Below, in pieces: positions 33,201 through 47,548 of a stretch of DNA of 64,000 nucleotides. Source of the stretch: Eledone cirrhosa (Eukaryota). The notes under the pieces were generated by a model. That model did no database searches. It worked only from the letters and a program-made list of their open reading frames with translations, and had not been told where the DNA came from. The DNA is taken from positions 371,380,001-371,444,000 of the forward strand of contig OZ024741.1 in the NCBI GenBank assembly GCA_964016885.1, given 5' to 3'. A program made the translations under genes and the position numbers. Within the stretch, counting starts at the first letter, position 1. Each line of letters begins with the position of its first letter.

Positions 33201-33780
33201 TATAATAGACGTCATGACAACATAGATATAGCAAGGATTGTCCATTGGGCACTTTGTGGGAAATATAGACTTGACAGATAACAAAAGTGGTACGAACATA
33301 ACCCTGAGGGTGTTATTGAAAATGATGCTGCAAAGATCCTGTGGGACTTTGTGATACAGTGTGACTATGAGATTGAGTATAGGAGACCAGATATTGTATT
33401 AATTGAGAAAGAAAGCAAACAGTGTTGGATCATAGATATAGCCTGTCCAGCTGATAACAAGGTATGTGATAAAGAAGGGAAAATATTGATAGATATGACA
33501 GGTTAGCTTGGGAGATTAAGCAGTTGTGGTCACTGAAAAAGGTGGTGGTAATAGCAATAATAGTTGGAGTCTTGGGAACAGTGAGTAAAGATTTTGAGAA
33601 GTACATTAAACAAATTGTGTTGCAATACGGATGGAACACTTCCAAAAAACAGTTTTGCTTAGAACATCTCGAATACTCTGGAGGGTAATAGAAAAAATAA
33701 GGGACGTTACCTTAGTTCGCTGGTAATGAACAGCTAACACTGTAATACATCTCCAGTGTTAGAAGCTGAGCGAAGAAGTG
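30300..33780 (+). mobile_element. R4/Dong-clade LINE, near full length and heavily mutated
   Basis: [58 protein letters not shown]...ETV.HI.S.C, RPDIV...IIDIACP (REL). 5' boundary is approximate. Confidence 0.93.
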
Positions 33781-33789
33781 TGTGAGTAT

Positions 33790-34160
33790 GTATGTAACAC
33801 TGACCAAGAAACTCACTCAGATGGTGGATGGGTGCTACACGAGAATGCTGAGGATGGCTCTGAACATTAATCAGTATACACTGAGAATGAAAAACTCAGA
33901 GCTGTATGGGAGCCTCCCAAAAGTCAGCTCTAAAGTGACACAGAGGAGACTGAAGTTAGCTGGACATGCTCACCGACATCCAGAGTGGGAGCCCCTACAT
34001 GGACACACTGGAAGAGGAAGACCAAGGTTAACGTATGTTGATGCCCTAAGGACAGACACTGGTCTGTTGGAGACGCAGGACATGGTAGCGATAATGAGGG
34101 ACAGAGACCGCTGGCTGGAGAGAACTCGTCCATGGATCTCGGGAATTTTACCCGCCCTAG
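33790..34160 (+). mobile_element. RTE-type LINE 3' fragment
   Basis: DGCYTRMLRMALNI...QRRLKLAGH...GRGRPRLTYVD. Confidence 0.88.
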
Positions 34161-34210
34161 AAAATGTGTGTGTGTGTATATATGTATATATATATATGTG
34201 TATATATGTG

Positions 34211-34267
<57 letters not shown>

Positions 34268-34345
34268 TTAGGGTAAATATTGATGCAATTCAATTCAAGC
34301 ACTCAACGTACTTATTCCACATAGGAGTGACGGAGTAATTATCGA

Positions 34346-34940
34346 ATAAGGAAAAGCGAAGTAGTTTCAGATGTTCAAGTCTTTTAATAATTGTTTCTAC
34401 TTTTGGCACAAGGCCATCAATTACCCAGTACATTACTGGTACTTTATTTTATCGACCCCGTAAGGATGAAAGGCAAAGTTAACCTCGGCGGGATTTGAAC
34501 TCAGACCGTAAAGGGACGTAACTATGCTGGAAAGCATGGCGTCCGACTCTCTACCGATACTGCCAGTCCCCCGCCGTGTCTTTTAATAATAATGCTGTGA
34601 TATATATTTCAATGGCGAAAGTGGCCACACTGTTCTGTGCGCCAGTTTCGCGACATCGTCAGACAGCTTGTTACATAATAAGGTTGTGTTACATAATACG
34701 GTTATGTTTCCTCGGAAACATAACCTTATTATGTAACAAGCTTTCTGACGATGTCGCGAAACTGGCGCACAGAACAGTGTGGCCACTTTTGCCATTGAAA
34801 TATATATCACAGTATTATTATTAAAAGACGGGGTCGATAAAATAAAGTACCAGTAATGCACTGGGTAATTGCTGGCCTTGTGCCAAAAGTAGAAACAATT
34901 ATTATTAAAAGACTTGAACATCTGAAACTACTTCGATTTT

Positions 34941-34946
<6 letters not shown>
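34346..34946. repeat. ~600-bp interrupted palindrome with a SINE in each arm
   Basis: Arms mirror around ~34712. SINEs at 34392-34576 (-) and 34829-34897 (+). Confidence 0.85.
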
Positions 34947-34996
<50 letters not shown>

Positions 34997-35055
34997 TTTA
35001 CCCTTTTACCTGTTTCAGCCATACGGCTGAGGCCATGCTGGGGCACCGCCAATGA

Positions 35056-35100
<45 letters not shown>

Positions 35101-35117
35101 TATGTATATATATGTAT

Positions 35118-36828
35118 AGTGAAAAATTGAACGGGAACAAAACAGAGAGGCAGTACGAACAAAGGTTTATTAATTTCACGCTCTTGAGAGTGGGGTGGTG
35201 GTGGGGAACGACGTTTCGGGCATAAGCCCTTCTTCAGGTGAAAAGTGTGTGGGAAGAGAGTTCAAAGGGTGTGTAGGGGAGTGGTGGAGAGACATATAGC
35301 AAAAAGGGGGTGAGAGGAAACGGTGCAAATGAAATTAAAAATAAAGGCATGATCAAAATAAAATTAAAATGGGGTAAAACAGGTGGTGGAAGGGTGTGGG
35401 GCGTGTAGGGGTGGTGGCGGGTGGAGTGGGGAGAGGGAGACGAGGTGTCCGAGCGGGGAGGGCTGAAGGCGGTGTGTGTGTGTAGGTGTACGTGTGTGTG
35501 TCTGTGTGTATGTGAAAGCAAGGGTTGGGGGAAGAACGGGGTTGCATGTTCAGGAAGAGGTGTGTGTGGGGTGGGGTGTAGGTCGGAGTGCGTGTGCGTG
35601 TGTGGATAGAGGGGTGGGGGGAGAGGATTCCGGAGGCTGAATGTGTAAATATGTGGTGGTACGCACGTGTGTGTGTGGTGTTTATGCGTGTTGTGGATGT
35701 AGGTGGCGTGTGGGAAAACAAATTTTTGGGGGTGTATGTCTGGGGGTGAGTCGTAAAGGTAATTCCGTAAAAGGATGTGGTGGAATGCTGAGTAAAATCC
35801 TTGGGATGCGGTAGATTCTAGGGATCAAGGTTCACATATGTGTAATCCGTGAAGAGATTGGTCGAAAGAGGGGAGATGTGGGGTGCGCGCGCAACAGGAA
35901 GTGGTCAGAGGGTCAAGGCAGGAGGAGGGTTGTGTGTCTGTGTGTGCGGGAAGGTGGTCAGAGAGGCATAGCAGCCGGAGGGTAGAATGGTAAGTGAAGA
36001 AAGTCGGTGTGTCAGTGTGTGCGGAGGTGCGGTGGACAGGGGAGAGGATGGGTAGGTGTAAAAGTTGGAGTGAGGAGGGGGTGTGTGTGTATTAGTAGAG
36101 GTGTTAGTGGGATGTGTGTGTGTTTGAGAAAGGGTTTGGGTGGAGCGGGGAGAGAAGGGTGTGGGGGACGATGGAGGGAGTGTAGTGTACTGGTGTGTGT
36201 GTGTTAGTGGGTGTTAGTATACTGGAGGTGGAGAAAGGGTTGAATGCGGATGTGAGTGGGGGTCAGTGGTGGTAGAGTGTGTAGAGTGGGTGGTGTAAGA
36301 GGGTGTGTGTGTTCGTGTGCGTAGGGTTGGGGGTGTTAGTGATGTTAGTTGCGTGTAGAGCGGGTGGTGTAAGTGGGTGTGTGTGTTCGTGTGCTTGGGG
36401 TCAGGGGGTGTTAGTGATGTTAGTTGCGGGGTGGTGGGGTGGATGTGTGGGGGTGAGGGTTAGTGGTGGTAGTAGGGTGTGTGTTTAGTGTGAGCGCGTA
36501 TATATATGTACCGGTGGGTGTGTGCGTGTGATAAGGAGGGGGGTGGAGAAGAAGGGAGGGATGTTAGTATGTTAGTTGGGGAAGGGTGGTCGGATGTGGG
36601 GTGGAGGTGTTAGTATTGTTAGTTGTGGGGTGGGCAGTGAAAAGGAGGGGTGTGTTAGTGGTGTTAGCGGGGGATATGTGTGGGGGTCGGGGGTCGGTCG
36701 AAGGCTAAGGGAATAAGGGTGGGGAGTTCAGGCTGGAGGGAGTGTGGGTCTGTAGGGTGAAGATGGTTCGTTGTTCGACCCTTAGGAGAGTGGCGGGTGT
36801 TCCGTGGCATTGGAGTAGGCCACAGACT
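35118..36828 (-). mobile_element. Penelope-like element 3' part: GIY-YIG C-terminus, long CA-rich 3' region, hammerhead
   Basis: VCGLLQC...LLRVEQRTIFTLQTHTPSSLN (36725-36826) fits the E...IF.L.T..P.GLN end of PLE endonucleases. Hammerhead at 35208-35239. Confidence 0.7.
35208..35239 (-). ncRNA. Minimal type I hammerhead motif
   Basis: AC-CTGAAGA-A-GGGC ttat GCCC-GAAA-CG-TC-GT. Canonical core, ACGT palindromic stem III, stem I only 2 bp. Confidence 0.7.
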
Positions 36829-36861
36829 GTATATATACACATGTATATATATATATATATA

Positions 36862-36893
<32 letters not shown>

Positions 36894-37124
36894 CACACAC
36901 ACACACGCACACATATACATATATATATATATATAGGAATAAGTATGACCCCGACGGCAGAGCTCAAGCCGTTTCGACGGCTATTTCTGGACAAAAATAG
37001 CCGTCGAAACGGCTTGAGTTCTGCCGTCAGGGTCATACTTTTTCCTATTTCCCACTCTACTACCCTAAGTATTGAGTACTCTGGTGCGTTATGGTCCATC
37101 TGGTTCCTTACCACAATTCCTTTG

Positions 37125-37160
<36 letters not shown>

Positions 37161-37428
37161 GAATAATCGAGTATCGAAAAATCGGCGCACGAGTTCACGA
37201 TAAACAAAATTCGAAATGAGCAGCAGAGGGCTCAATAATTCAGATAAATCAGAGCTATAACTATCGTTAAAATACCGTCACACATAGAACATGTCTACAA
37301 TCAACCATACGACCGAAAAATTACGATCTGGAAGATTCGGGACACTCAGATAAAATATCAATAAATCAATAAATCAAATGAATGTAAAAAATATACACAT
37401 ACATATACATACACACACACACACACAC

Positions 37429-37480
<52 letters not shown>

Positions 37481-37922
37481 CTCCGCTGTGACCCGTCTGT
37501 TTCTTTCTTACTGCTTCCCCTTTCTCTGTATCTCTCACTTTCTTTTTACCCCCTCTCCAGTCACTCTCTCTGTTAGCCTCTTCCTCACACTTTCACTCAC
37601 TCACTCTCTGCTACTCCCTCTCCATCACTTCCTCCCGTTTGACCTGTGCGAAATTCTTTCCTCGCTCACATTTCGACCAGGTTGGATGGTCTTTATTCTC
37701 TCGTCTACGATTTCACAGAACTTATGTTCATCGATTTCAGGGACTTGACTTCCTCACTTTTCGTTGCATTACCTTCTTTCTTTGTTTATTATCTCGCTCG
37801 TTCCCCCTATTTACGTGTTCCAACGACTTTATTTAGCCGTTGCTTGCACCAACCAGAGGTATATGGTCTTTAAAGCGATGAAATACCAATGAAAGCTGGA
37901 AGATCACTGATGTAGGACTAAT

Positions 37923-37981
<59 letters not shown>

Positions 37982-37987
<6 letters not shown>

Positions 37988-38333
37988 GAGAGGTTTTTTT
38001 TACAAAATGAAAAATAACCGAGGTGTCCTACACGAGTGAAAGTATAAAGAAAAAGAGATGAAATCGAAAATGCAACTGGAGTCTTATTTTTTAAAAATAT
38101 ATATATATTTATTTGGTTCCTTTACCGGTTTCGCAGTTCTTCTGCTTTTCAAAAGGTGAGTTGAGATGGAGGGTCTGTGGTTTTTCTCAGATGTGAGAAA
38201 AACCACAGACCCTCCATCTCAACTCACCTTTTGAAAAGCAGAAGAACTGCGAAACCGGTAAAGGAACCAAATAAATATATATATATTTAAAAAAAATAAG
38301 ACTCCAGTTGCATTTTCGATTTCATCTCTTTTT

Positions 38334-38340
<7 letters not shown>
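37982..38340 (-). mobile_element. Fold-back element family D: ~298-bp palindrome (38043-38340) plus tail (tail also at 41001-41058 +)
   Basis: Near-perfect arms centred at ~38190. (TA)n flanks. Confidence 0.88.
38227..38264 (+). ncRNA. Hammerhead motif with U3-A8 core (mirror copy 38119-38156 -)
   Basis: CCTT-TTGAAAA-GCAG aagaa CTGC-GAAA-CCGG-TA-AAGG. Confidence 0.75.
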
Positions 38341-38404
<64 letters not shown>

Positions 38405-39193
38405 CATACATACATACATACATACATACATACATACATACATACATACACACACGCTTCTTCGCTCAGCTTCTAACACTAGAGATTTATTTTATTCCCT
38501 ACCAGCGAATTGAGGTGTTACCTCAATTCGCTGGTAGGGAAAAATAATAATTATATATATATGTATACATGTATATCAAAGTATATATTGAGTTAGAACT
38601 CATTATGGTCCCTTACAATTAAAATTAGCTCAAGGAAAAAATGTTCCGGGCCGTGTAATATAATTCTATATAAAGAGAGAAAAACACAGATATATACACA
38701 TCTGTATTCAGATTATAAGGGACCGCTAGGTTGAATAGTATAATAACTATAAACAAAACGGCCTGCCAGACTCAATTAAAAAGAAAATTAAGAAAAAACA
38801 AACCATTTGTGATAACCATCGAACATCCAGACAGTCTTTGGTAAACTGTTTCGCATCAAATGAAGGGAATTACCAATTCTTCTGTTCTTCAGTGGATGTA
38901 AAGAATTAGTAAACTCTTCAATTCTAGGTATCTTAGAAGACATTTAGAATGACGCACGTGGCATCTAGAGCCTAGCGTGTCTCGTAAAAAACCTATACTG
39001 CTAAAAATAGCAGCTCGGTTCACGGGACAATTATTTAGCTCTACAAAATTTAAGGAATCGTATATCAAATATACTTTGCTATACGGCTCCTTAAATCTAT
39101 TTTACTCAATCTTGTCTTTTTGACAATATCTGTTTCAACACAAGTATCTTGCACGACAAATACAAAAAACGAAGTGCACACACACACACAAAC

Positions 39194-39490
<297 letters not shown>

Positions 39491-40256
39491 ACGAAAGAAC
39501 TGACTAGTGAGAATGGATATACACACACACACACACACATACACACACATATATATATATACATATAAAAATATACATACATACATATATGCAGATATCT
39601 GTATATATAACATACCTGGACCAACACTTGGAAATTACTGAATAACCAAGTGAGGTTTCTGTAAATCCGAAATCAACAAAATCCGCTTGTGGTATATACA
39701 AGTTAGGTTACTGGAAGATCGAACAGAGGAATTTACTTTCTCAACAGGCTTTCGTTGTAACCCAAAAACCGGTGTGAAGCACATGTTACTCCAAAGGGAG
39801 GTAACACCGGTTTCTGGCGGTCAATTCAAAATTTATGGGCAATGGAAAAAATTCCATACACAAACTGAATTAAGCACTCAACCAGACCGTTATTAAACAA
39901 ACTTAAATAATTAACCAATCAATGGAATTGTCAAATTAAATTAATCAATTAATCATGAGGTCTAGGAGATAGTAATACAATAGTACAGCATATTCGAAGT
40001 TCGATCAGCAGCCAAGCCAACGAATGCCTCCAGTAGTGGAGCCAAGCACTCGACAAGGAATAAACCTCAGAGTAATAACATAGTGCGGTCGGACTGCCGA
40101 CTGCTATATCTGATTTGCTAAGCTGTCTGAACATAAAGTTATTACTCTGGGGTCTTACCTCATCTGAGTGCTAAAGCTACAGACCGAATATGCATACACG
40201 CTAGCTTGGCCGTATACTAGAGCTTCGTCTATGCTGTACTAAAATTTATATATATA

Positions 40257-40304
<48 letters not shown>

Positions 40305-40373
40305 TTTTAATTAAAATAACAGATTAAAGTTTAAGCAAAGAATCGCTGCTTTCACCCTTAACGGGATCTTCTG

Positions 40374-40477
<104 letters not shown>

Positions 40478-40918
40478 TAGTGAGCCCAGTTTGCATATTG
40501 CTTGGAACAAGCCACCGGAAAGATGCATGTGAGACAATGCTGTTGTGTTGCCTCCCATGCATCTTCCCTGTGGCTTGTTCCAAGCAAACATGCAACCAAG
40601 GCTCACTAATATGCAATACCACCCTTATGCACGAAATTGTATTGGCCAGGGAGTGGGTGAAGAGGAAGGTAAGTGATTTTGTTCATTCGTCCCATGTGTT
40701 TCTTTTCTTTTCTTTTCTTTTTTTTTCGCAGGTTTGATATATATATATATACACACAGACACGCATATATATATATATACACACAGACACGCATATATAT
40801 ATATATATATATACACACAGACACGCATATATATATATATACACACAGACACGCATATATATATATATATATATACACACAGACACGCATATATATATAT
40901 ATATACACACAGACACGC

Positions 40919-40949
<31 letters not shown>

Positions 40950-41052
40950 GACACTCACAAATATATATATATATATATATATATAAAGAAAAAGGGATGT
41001 CCACTCGTGTAGGACACCTCGGTTATTTTTCATTTTGTAAAAAAAACCTCAC

Positions 41053-41085
<33 letters not shown>

Positions 41086-41137
41086 CAGGAGAAATACTGT
41101 ATATATTTTATCAAATGATTCTATGGACTTACTATCT

Positions 41138-41252
<115 letters not shown>

Positions 41253-41295
41253 ATATATATATACATACATATATATACTGTATATATATATACAC

Positions 41296-41390
<95 letters not shown>

Positions 41391-41617
41391 CATATACGTT
41401 CGTATGTTTACATCCTTGGCAATAATTTATACTAACTCATATACAAACCAAACACGTTCTGTAAGACAGAACAGTCAGCATAAATTTCCTTTTATTCTTG
41501 ACTTTCTTCTTTTCCTTTCTCCTTCCTCCAAATCCTCCTTCCCAACCTACTGCTGGTCCCTAATTTTTGCAGACCCCTGTTTCATTTCATTCCTTAGCAT
41601 GCCCTAAATCTTCACCG

Positions 41618-41719
<102 letters not shown>

Positions 41720-41722
41720 ATA

Positions 41723-41819
<97 letters not shown>

Positions 41820-42090
41820 GCTTATATATATATATATATAAAATATATATATATGTATATATATTAATTTATATATAAATGTATGTATATGTCAATCTGT
41901 TTTTTTTTTTCTTTAAGTCTTTTGTCTCTTTCTCACTCATTACCCAGTGCCACCATCATCACCCCGCCACCACTACCACCACCACCACCATCACCATCAC
42001 CTTTACCCAAGCTAGGTATCCATTTCTGATTGGTCGGTAAAGCCTCATCTGTTTCACATTATCTATTATATAAATAAGGACTCGACTCAC

Positions 42091-43525
42091 CGTTCACTTG
42101 CAATGGCCGCAATACTCTCTGTTGGGTAGGGGAAGATAGATGGTGTTGGTGATAGCGGCTGGCTGTGTTGTGATGGTGGTGGCGGTGGTGGTGGTGGTGG
42201 CGGTGGTGGTGGTGGTGGTGGTGGTGGTGGTGGTACTGGTGGTGGTGGTGGTGGTACTGGTGGTGGTACTGGTGGTGGTGGTACTGGTGGTGGTGGTGGT
42301 GCTGGTGGTGGTGGTGCTGGTGGTGGTGGTGGTACTGGTGGTGGTACTGGTGGTGGTGGTGGTGGTGGTGGTACTGGTGGTGGTGGTGCAGCTGGTGGTG
42401 GTGGGGATGCTGCTGGTGGTGCCGATACTTGCGTTGTTGGTAGAGGTGGTGGTGGTAGTGGTGGTGGTGGTAGTGGTGGTGGTGGTGGTGGTGGTGGTGG
42501 TGGTAGTGGTACTGGTGGTGGTGGTGATGGTGGTGGTGGTGGTGGTGGTGGTGGTGGTGGTGGTGGTGATGGTGGTGGTGGTGATGGTGGTGGTGGTGGT
42601 GGTGGTGGTGGTGGTAGTGATGGTGGTGGTGGTGGTGGTGGTAGTAGTGGTACTGGAGGTGGTGATGGTGGTGGTGGTGGTGGTGGTGGTGGTGGTGGTG
42701 GTGGTGGTGGTGGTAGTGGTACTGGTGGTGGTGGTGGTGGTGGTGGTGGTGGTGGTGGTGGTGGTGGTGGTGGTACTGGTGGTGGTGGTGGTGGTGGTGG
42801 TGATAGTTGCTGGTTCTGTTGTGATGTGATGTTAGCAGTGAGGGTGAAGGCAGATATATAATGGTATCGGCGAGATAGCTGTTGTATGGGAGAGAGGAGT
42901 GGGGGTGTGATGGTAATACTGGTGGAATTGGTGAGGCAGATGGTGATAGTTGTAGTAAGTAAGGTAGGTAGTGATGGTGGTGGGGTGGCTCTTGCTGTTG
43001 TGATGGTGGGAATGAGGATGAGGCAGATATTGTTGTTGTTGTTGTTGTTGCTAATGGTGGAGGTGGCGAGGTTGACATGGTAAAGGTGATGTCAGAGGTG
43101 TTGGGGGGGGGGGTATTTGTGTGTCAGCGGTGGTGGTGGTGGTATTGTGGTGTCAGCGGTGGTGGTGGTGGTGGTGGTGGTGGTATTAGTGTTGGTGATG
43201 TTAGCGGTGGTGGCGTTGGTGGTATTGATGGTGTCAGCGGTGGTGGTGGTGGTGGTGGTATTGATGGTGACAGCGGTGGTGGTGTTGTTGATGTTAACCT
43301 GGTGGTGTTGGTGGTATTGATGATGTCCGCGGTGGTGGTGGTGGTAGTGGTGGTGTTGGTGATCTTAGCGGTGGAGGTGGTATTTATGGTGGTGTTGGTG
43401 GTGTTGATAGTGTCAGTGGTGGTGGTGTTGCATATATAGACAAAATACGGCTCAGGATGCTGGGCTTCTGAGAGAATCCTTTACTGCTCCAATAGAACAA
43501 ATTTTAGTTGACATCTGTTTAACAT
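42091..43525 (-). pseudogene. Putative decayed exon: ShKT-like relic followed by a Thr/Pro-rich linker
   Basis: Acceptor ..GTGTTACAG at 43526, then C*TDVN*NLFYWSSKGFSQKP...LSICNTTTT. Donor CG|GTGAGT at 42090. Several frameshifts. Confidence 0.35.
42170..42803. repeat. Degenerate (GGT)n tract
   Basis: Trinucleotide-phased repeat with GTA/GCT/GAT interruptions. Confidence 0.95.
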
Positions 43526-44349
43526 CTGTAACACAGTGAATTATACAGAGCAGAGAGAGAAACTCGTGGGGCTAGAGAAGAAAGATGGGGGGGGTGGGGG
43601 GCATAGAGATAGATAGATAGATAGATAGATAGAGAGTGAGGGTGAGAGAGAGAGGGGGGGGCGAGATATAGATAGATAGATTGAGAGCGAGAGAAAGAAA
43701 GAGTGAGGGCGAGATAAAGATAGAGATAAATAGATAGAGAGGGGGAGGGCGAGAGAGAGGGGAGCGAGATAGAGATAGAGATAGATAGAGAGGGCGAGAA
43801 AGAGATAGAGATAGAGATAGATAGAGAGGGCGAGAAAGAGATAGAGATAGATAGATAGATAGATATATAGAGAGAGAGGAAGAGAGAGAGAAAGAATGAA
43901 TGAATGAAAGACAGAGAAACAAAGAAATCGCAGGAAAGAAAGAAGGAAAGAACGAAAGAAATAAAGAAGGGGGATAGAAAGAAAGGGAAACATTAAAATC
44001 AAGAGAAAAACGAAAGAAAACAAGAAGGAATGCAAAGAAATGGAAAATGAAAGAAGGGCAGAATAACCAACCTTCCCCCCACACATACACAGGCACACAT
44101 ATACACACACACACACACATATATATATATATGTGCGTGTGCGTGTGTGTGTGCGTTTGTGTGTCTGTGTGTGTGTGTGTGTGTGTAGATCCCGAGTTGT
44201 GTCGGGGGTAACCACAGTTAAAAAAGGGTACTCAATAAATTAGTAAAGTGTAAGCATCATTTTTTAAATATAGAAATGACTTCTACAAGACTAGAAGTGA
44301 GACATTCGTATGAAACAGTTCTAGCCCTGTAGTGTCCTTTATACATTAA

Positions 44350-44734
44350 ATAATTGTTTCTACCTTTAGCACGAGGCCAGCAAATACCCAGTGCATTACT
44401 GGTACTTTATTTTATCGACCCCGTAAGGATGAAAGGCAAAGTTAACCTCGACGGGATTTCAGACCGTAAAGGGACCTAACTATGCTGCAAAGCATGGCGT
44501 CCGATCCTCTACCGATACTGCCAATTCACCGCCCTTTCTATATTAAATAATTGTTTCTAATTTAGGCACAAGGCCAGCAATTACCAGTGCATTACTGGTA
44601 CTTTATTTTATTGACCCCGTAAGGATGAAAGGCAAAGTCAACCTCGGCGGGATTTGAACTCAGATCGTAAAGGGACATAACTATGCTGGAAAGCATGGCG
44701 TCCGACCCTCTACCGATACTGCCAATCCACCGCC
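44350..44734 (-). mobile_element. Two tandem copies of the main tRNA-derived SINE
   Basis: Each has the reverse complement of GGCGGTGGATTGGCAGTATCGGTAGAG...GCCTTTCATCCTTACGGGGTCGATAAAATAAAGTACCAGT. Further copies at 3215-3340, 22550-23010, 28880-29045, 29958-30250, 48063-48232, 50095-50506, 53640-53848, 55873-55968, 60318-60499, 62608-62800 and 62905-63122. Confidence 0.92.
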
Positions 44735-45660
44735 AAACATGTTATATATATATATATGTATATATACATGTATGTATGTATGTTTAACCGCGCGATCGTG
44801 TGTCCAGCCCGACTATTTCTATGTCCCCGTGCATATACATATACATGCACCCATGCATATACACATATACTTATACATACATATGTAGATGTGTATATAT
44901 ATATTTTTGGATGGCCGTTGACTTTTATGAGTTCTTCGCGCGGTTAAACCACTGTGAGTGAAGGACCCCTAGCCTTTGTCAGGGCATTCTTCTTGGAGAA
45001 GGCAACTCAGGAAACTGAGATAACTCCGATATAAAACCTGCGGCTCAGTAGTTACCGATGATGTTGATCTTTTCTTCTTTTCGGTTTATAGCTACTGTCG
45101 CTCAGAGAGTGGGATTGGTCGAGTACAAGGCTTTTCCCCACTTAAAAAAACCTTCAAAGCACAGGCATTGCTTATTCAGGATATACTACAGGTTTGTGTG
45201 GCTGGCCGTAGCCTAAAAGTGCACCAAACTCTATAATCTGACAAGCAATTGCAGTTCTCTTAACAGAGTTTGCAGCCATCATGTATGTATGTATGTATGT
45301 ATGTATGTATGTATGTATGTATGTATGTATGTATGTATGTATGTATGTATATATATGTATGGAAAAGGGAATAGAAATAACAAAAATAACAAAACAAACG
45401 GCACAGTACATGGAAGAAATATATTAGTTTAACGCTTGAAATAGCAGGAGGAGAGTCTTAACGTTTCGGATACTAGTCCTTCAACAGAGGTTAAATAGAA
45501 AGTAAAAGATAATAAGAGTAAGGAACATAGAAAATGAGAAAAAAAAATTGGCCATCTTATATAATATATATATATATATACATATATTGAGTGCTTCGTA
45601 ACTGCCTCTTATAATTCGATTGACATCTGCTTTTGTGCAGCTGCCACTTCGGTTATACTC

Positions 45661-45718
<58 letters not shown>

Positions 45719-45742
45719 CACACATACACACACGCGTGCACG

Positions 45743-45774
<32 letters not shown>

Positions 45775-46089
45775 AATCATTGTGTGTGTATGTCTGCAAG
45801 TGTGTGTGTGTGTATGAGAGTATGTGTATATGTACTTATGTATGTGTATGTGTTAACTATACTTTTGCTATTCACTTTTGTATATATCTATGTGCGTATT
45901 TATATGCGACTACTTTTATATATGTCTATATGTTGTTTATGTCAAGGAATCTGTGTGTGTATGTATGGTTGTGCTTGTATTTATGTGTGTATATGTGAGT
46001 GTGTCTGTTTATGTAATCGTGAGTGTGTGTCTATGTATATATATATATACAGATAAATCCACCATTTCATTGTTTTACTATTTGTATAA

Positions 46090-46121
<32 letters not shown>

Positions 46122-46166
46122 TATATATAAAGTAATATATATATACATATATATAAAGTAATATTC

Positions 46167-46213
<47 letters not shown>

Positions 46214-46594
46214 GTATGTAGAATATTACTTTCTGTGTATTTGTGTGCATCTGTTTGTGTATGAGAGTATGTGCGTGTATGATTGTGTGGATGCATATGT
46301 ATGCAGGTGTGTATGTATGTTTTGCTGTATATGACAAAGTATCTGATTATGTAAATATGCATGTGTGTCTGTCTGTTTGTGTATACGTATGCGTAAATGT
46401 GTGTGTAAGCGTATATATTTACTTCCCTATAAACATTACATGGCGTATTTAAATGAAGTGACAACAGAATCGAAGAGGAAAACCGGGTGTTAAAGTTACA
46501 TTCTCCTTCTTATACCCACTCGCCAACCAATACTTTAAACCCAACTAAGTACCTAACTGTATAAACTACGCCTAATATCACCCACATCTCCCTA

Positions 46595-46800
46595 ACCATT
46601 CTCCGGGGAAACGCCTTCTCCATTCTGTCCGCCGAGGCTGTGGGGAGGCCAGCACGTGGGACCCCATTTGCTCACCATACAGAGAGATGGGGAGGGCGAG
46701 AGAGATGGAGGCAATGACAATGGGAGTTCGGCTCTTCCACGTTCGGAACATATCCTTGTCGTTGTGTTTGATGTAGTTGTGTACCCTACTGTTGCCATAG
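46595..46800 (-). mobile_element. Isolated Tx1 5' region fragment
   Basis: Reverse complement resembles 120-300 (AAATGGGG.CCCACG.GCTGGC). Confidence 0.7.
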
Positions 46801-46801
46801 A

Positions 46802-46888
<87 letters not shown>

Positions 46889-47123
46889 AACCAGTAAGAC
46901 CCCGACGGCTGAGCTCAAGCCGTTTCGACGGCTTGAGCTCAGCCGTCGGGGTCTTACTGGTTCCTATTACCCACTCTACTACCCTAAGTATTGAGTACTT
47001 TGGTGCGTTATGGTCCACCTGGTTCCTTACCACATTTCCTTCGTTATATATATATATATTCTAAAGACATTTTCTCCAATTCCATGCCGCCCGTCCCCTC
47101 AATCTATCTTATTTCTCATTCTT

Positions 47124-47159
47124 TCTTCTGACGAAGGACTAGCGCCCGAAACGTTAAGA
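47124..47159 (+). ncRNA. Minimal hammerhead motif (homolog 45456-45490 -)
   Basis: TCTT-CTGACGA-A-GG actagcgc CC-GAAA-CG-TT-AAGA. The homolog has a GGA/TCC stem II but a mutated core. Confidence 0.7.
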
Positions 47160-47263
47160 CCCTCTTCCTGCTATATCAAGCGTTAACCTAATATATCTCT
47201 TCCATATACTGTACCGATTGTGTTGTTATTGCTGTTTACCTTTTACATGCATATATATATATA

Positions 47264-47548
<285 letters not shown>

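Noticed and set aside
38844-38895. Further weak hammerhead-like strings (38844-38895 -, 15925-15962 +, 39118-39155 -, 57147-57190 +, 59748-59763 +)
   Set aside because: Core mutated or truncated, or stems poorly paired. Possibly decayed copies but not supportable individually.
42059-43078. 339-aa poly-His ORF
   Set aside because: An open frame through a (GGT)n tract. The His reading is one of several equivalent frames and the Pro frame looks at least as protein-like. Kept only as part of a tentative pseudo-exon.
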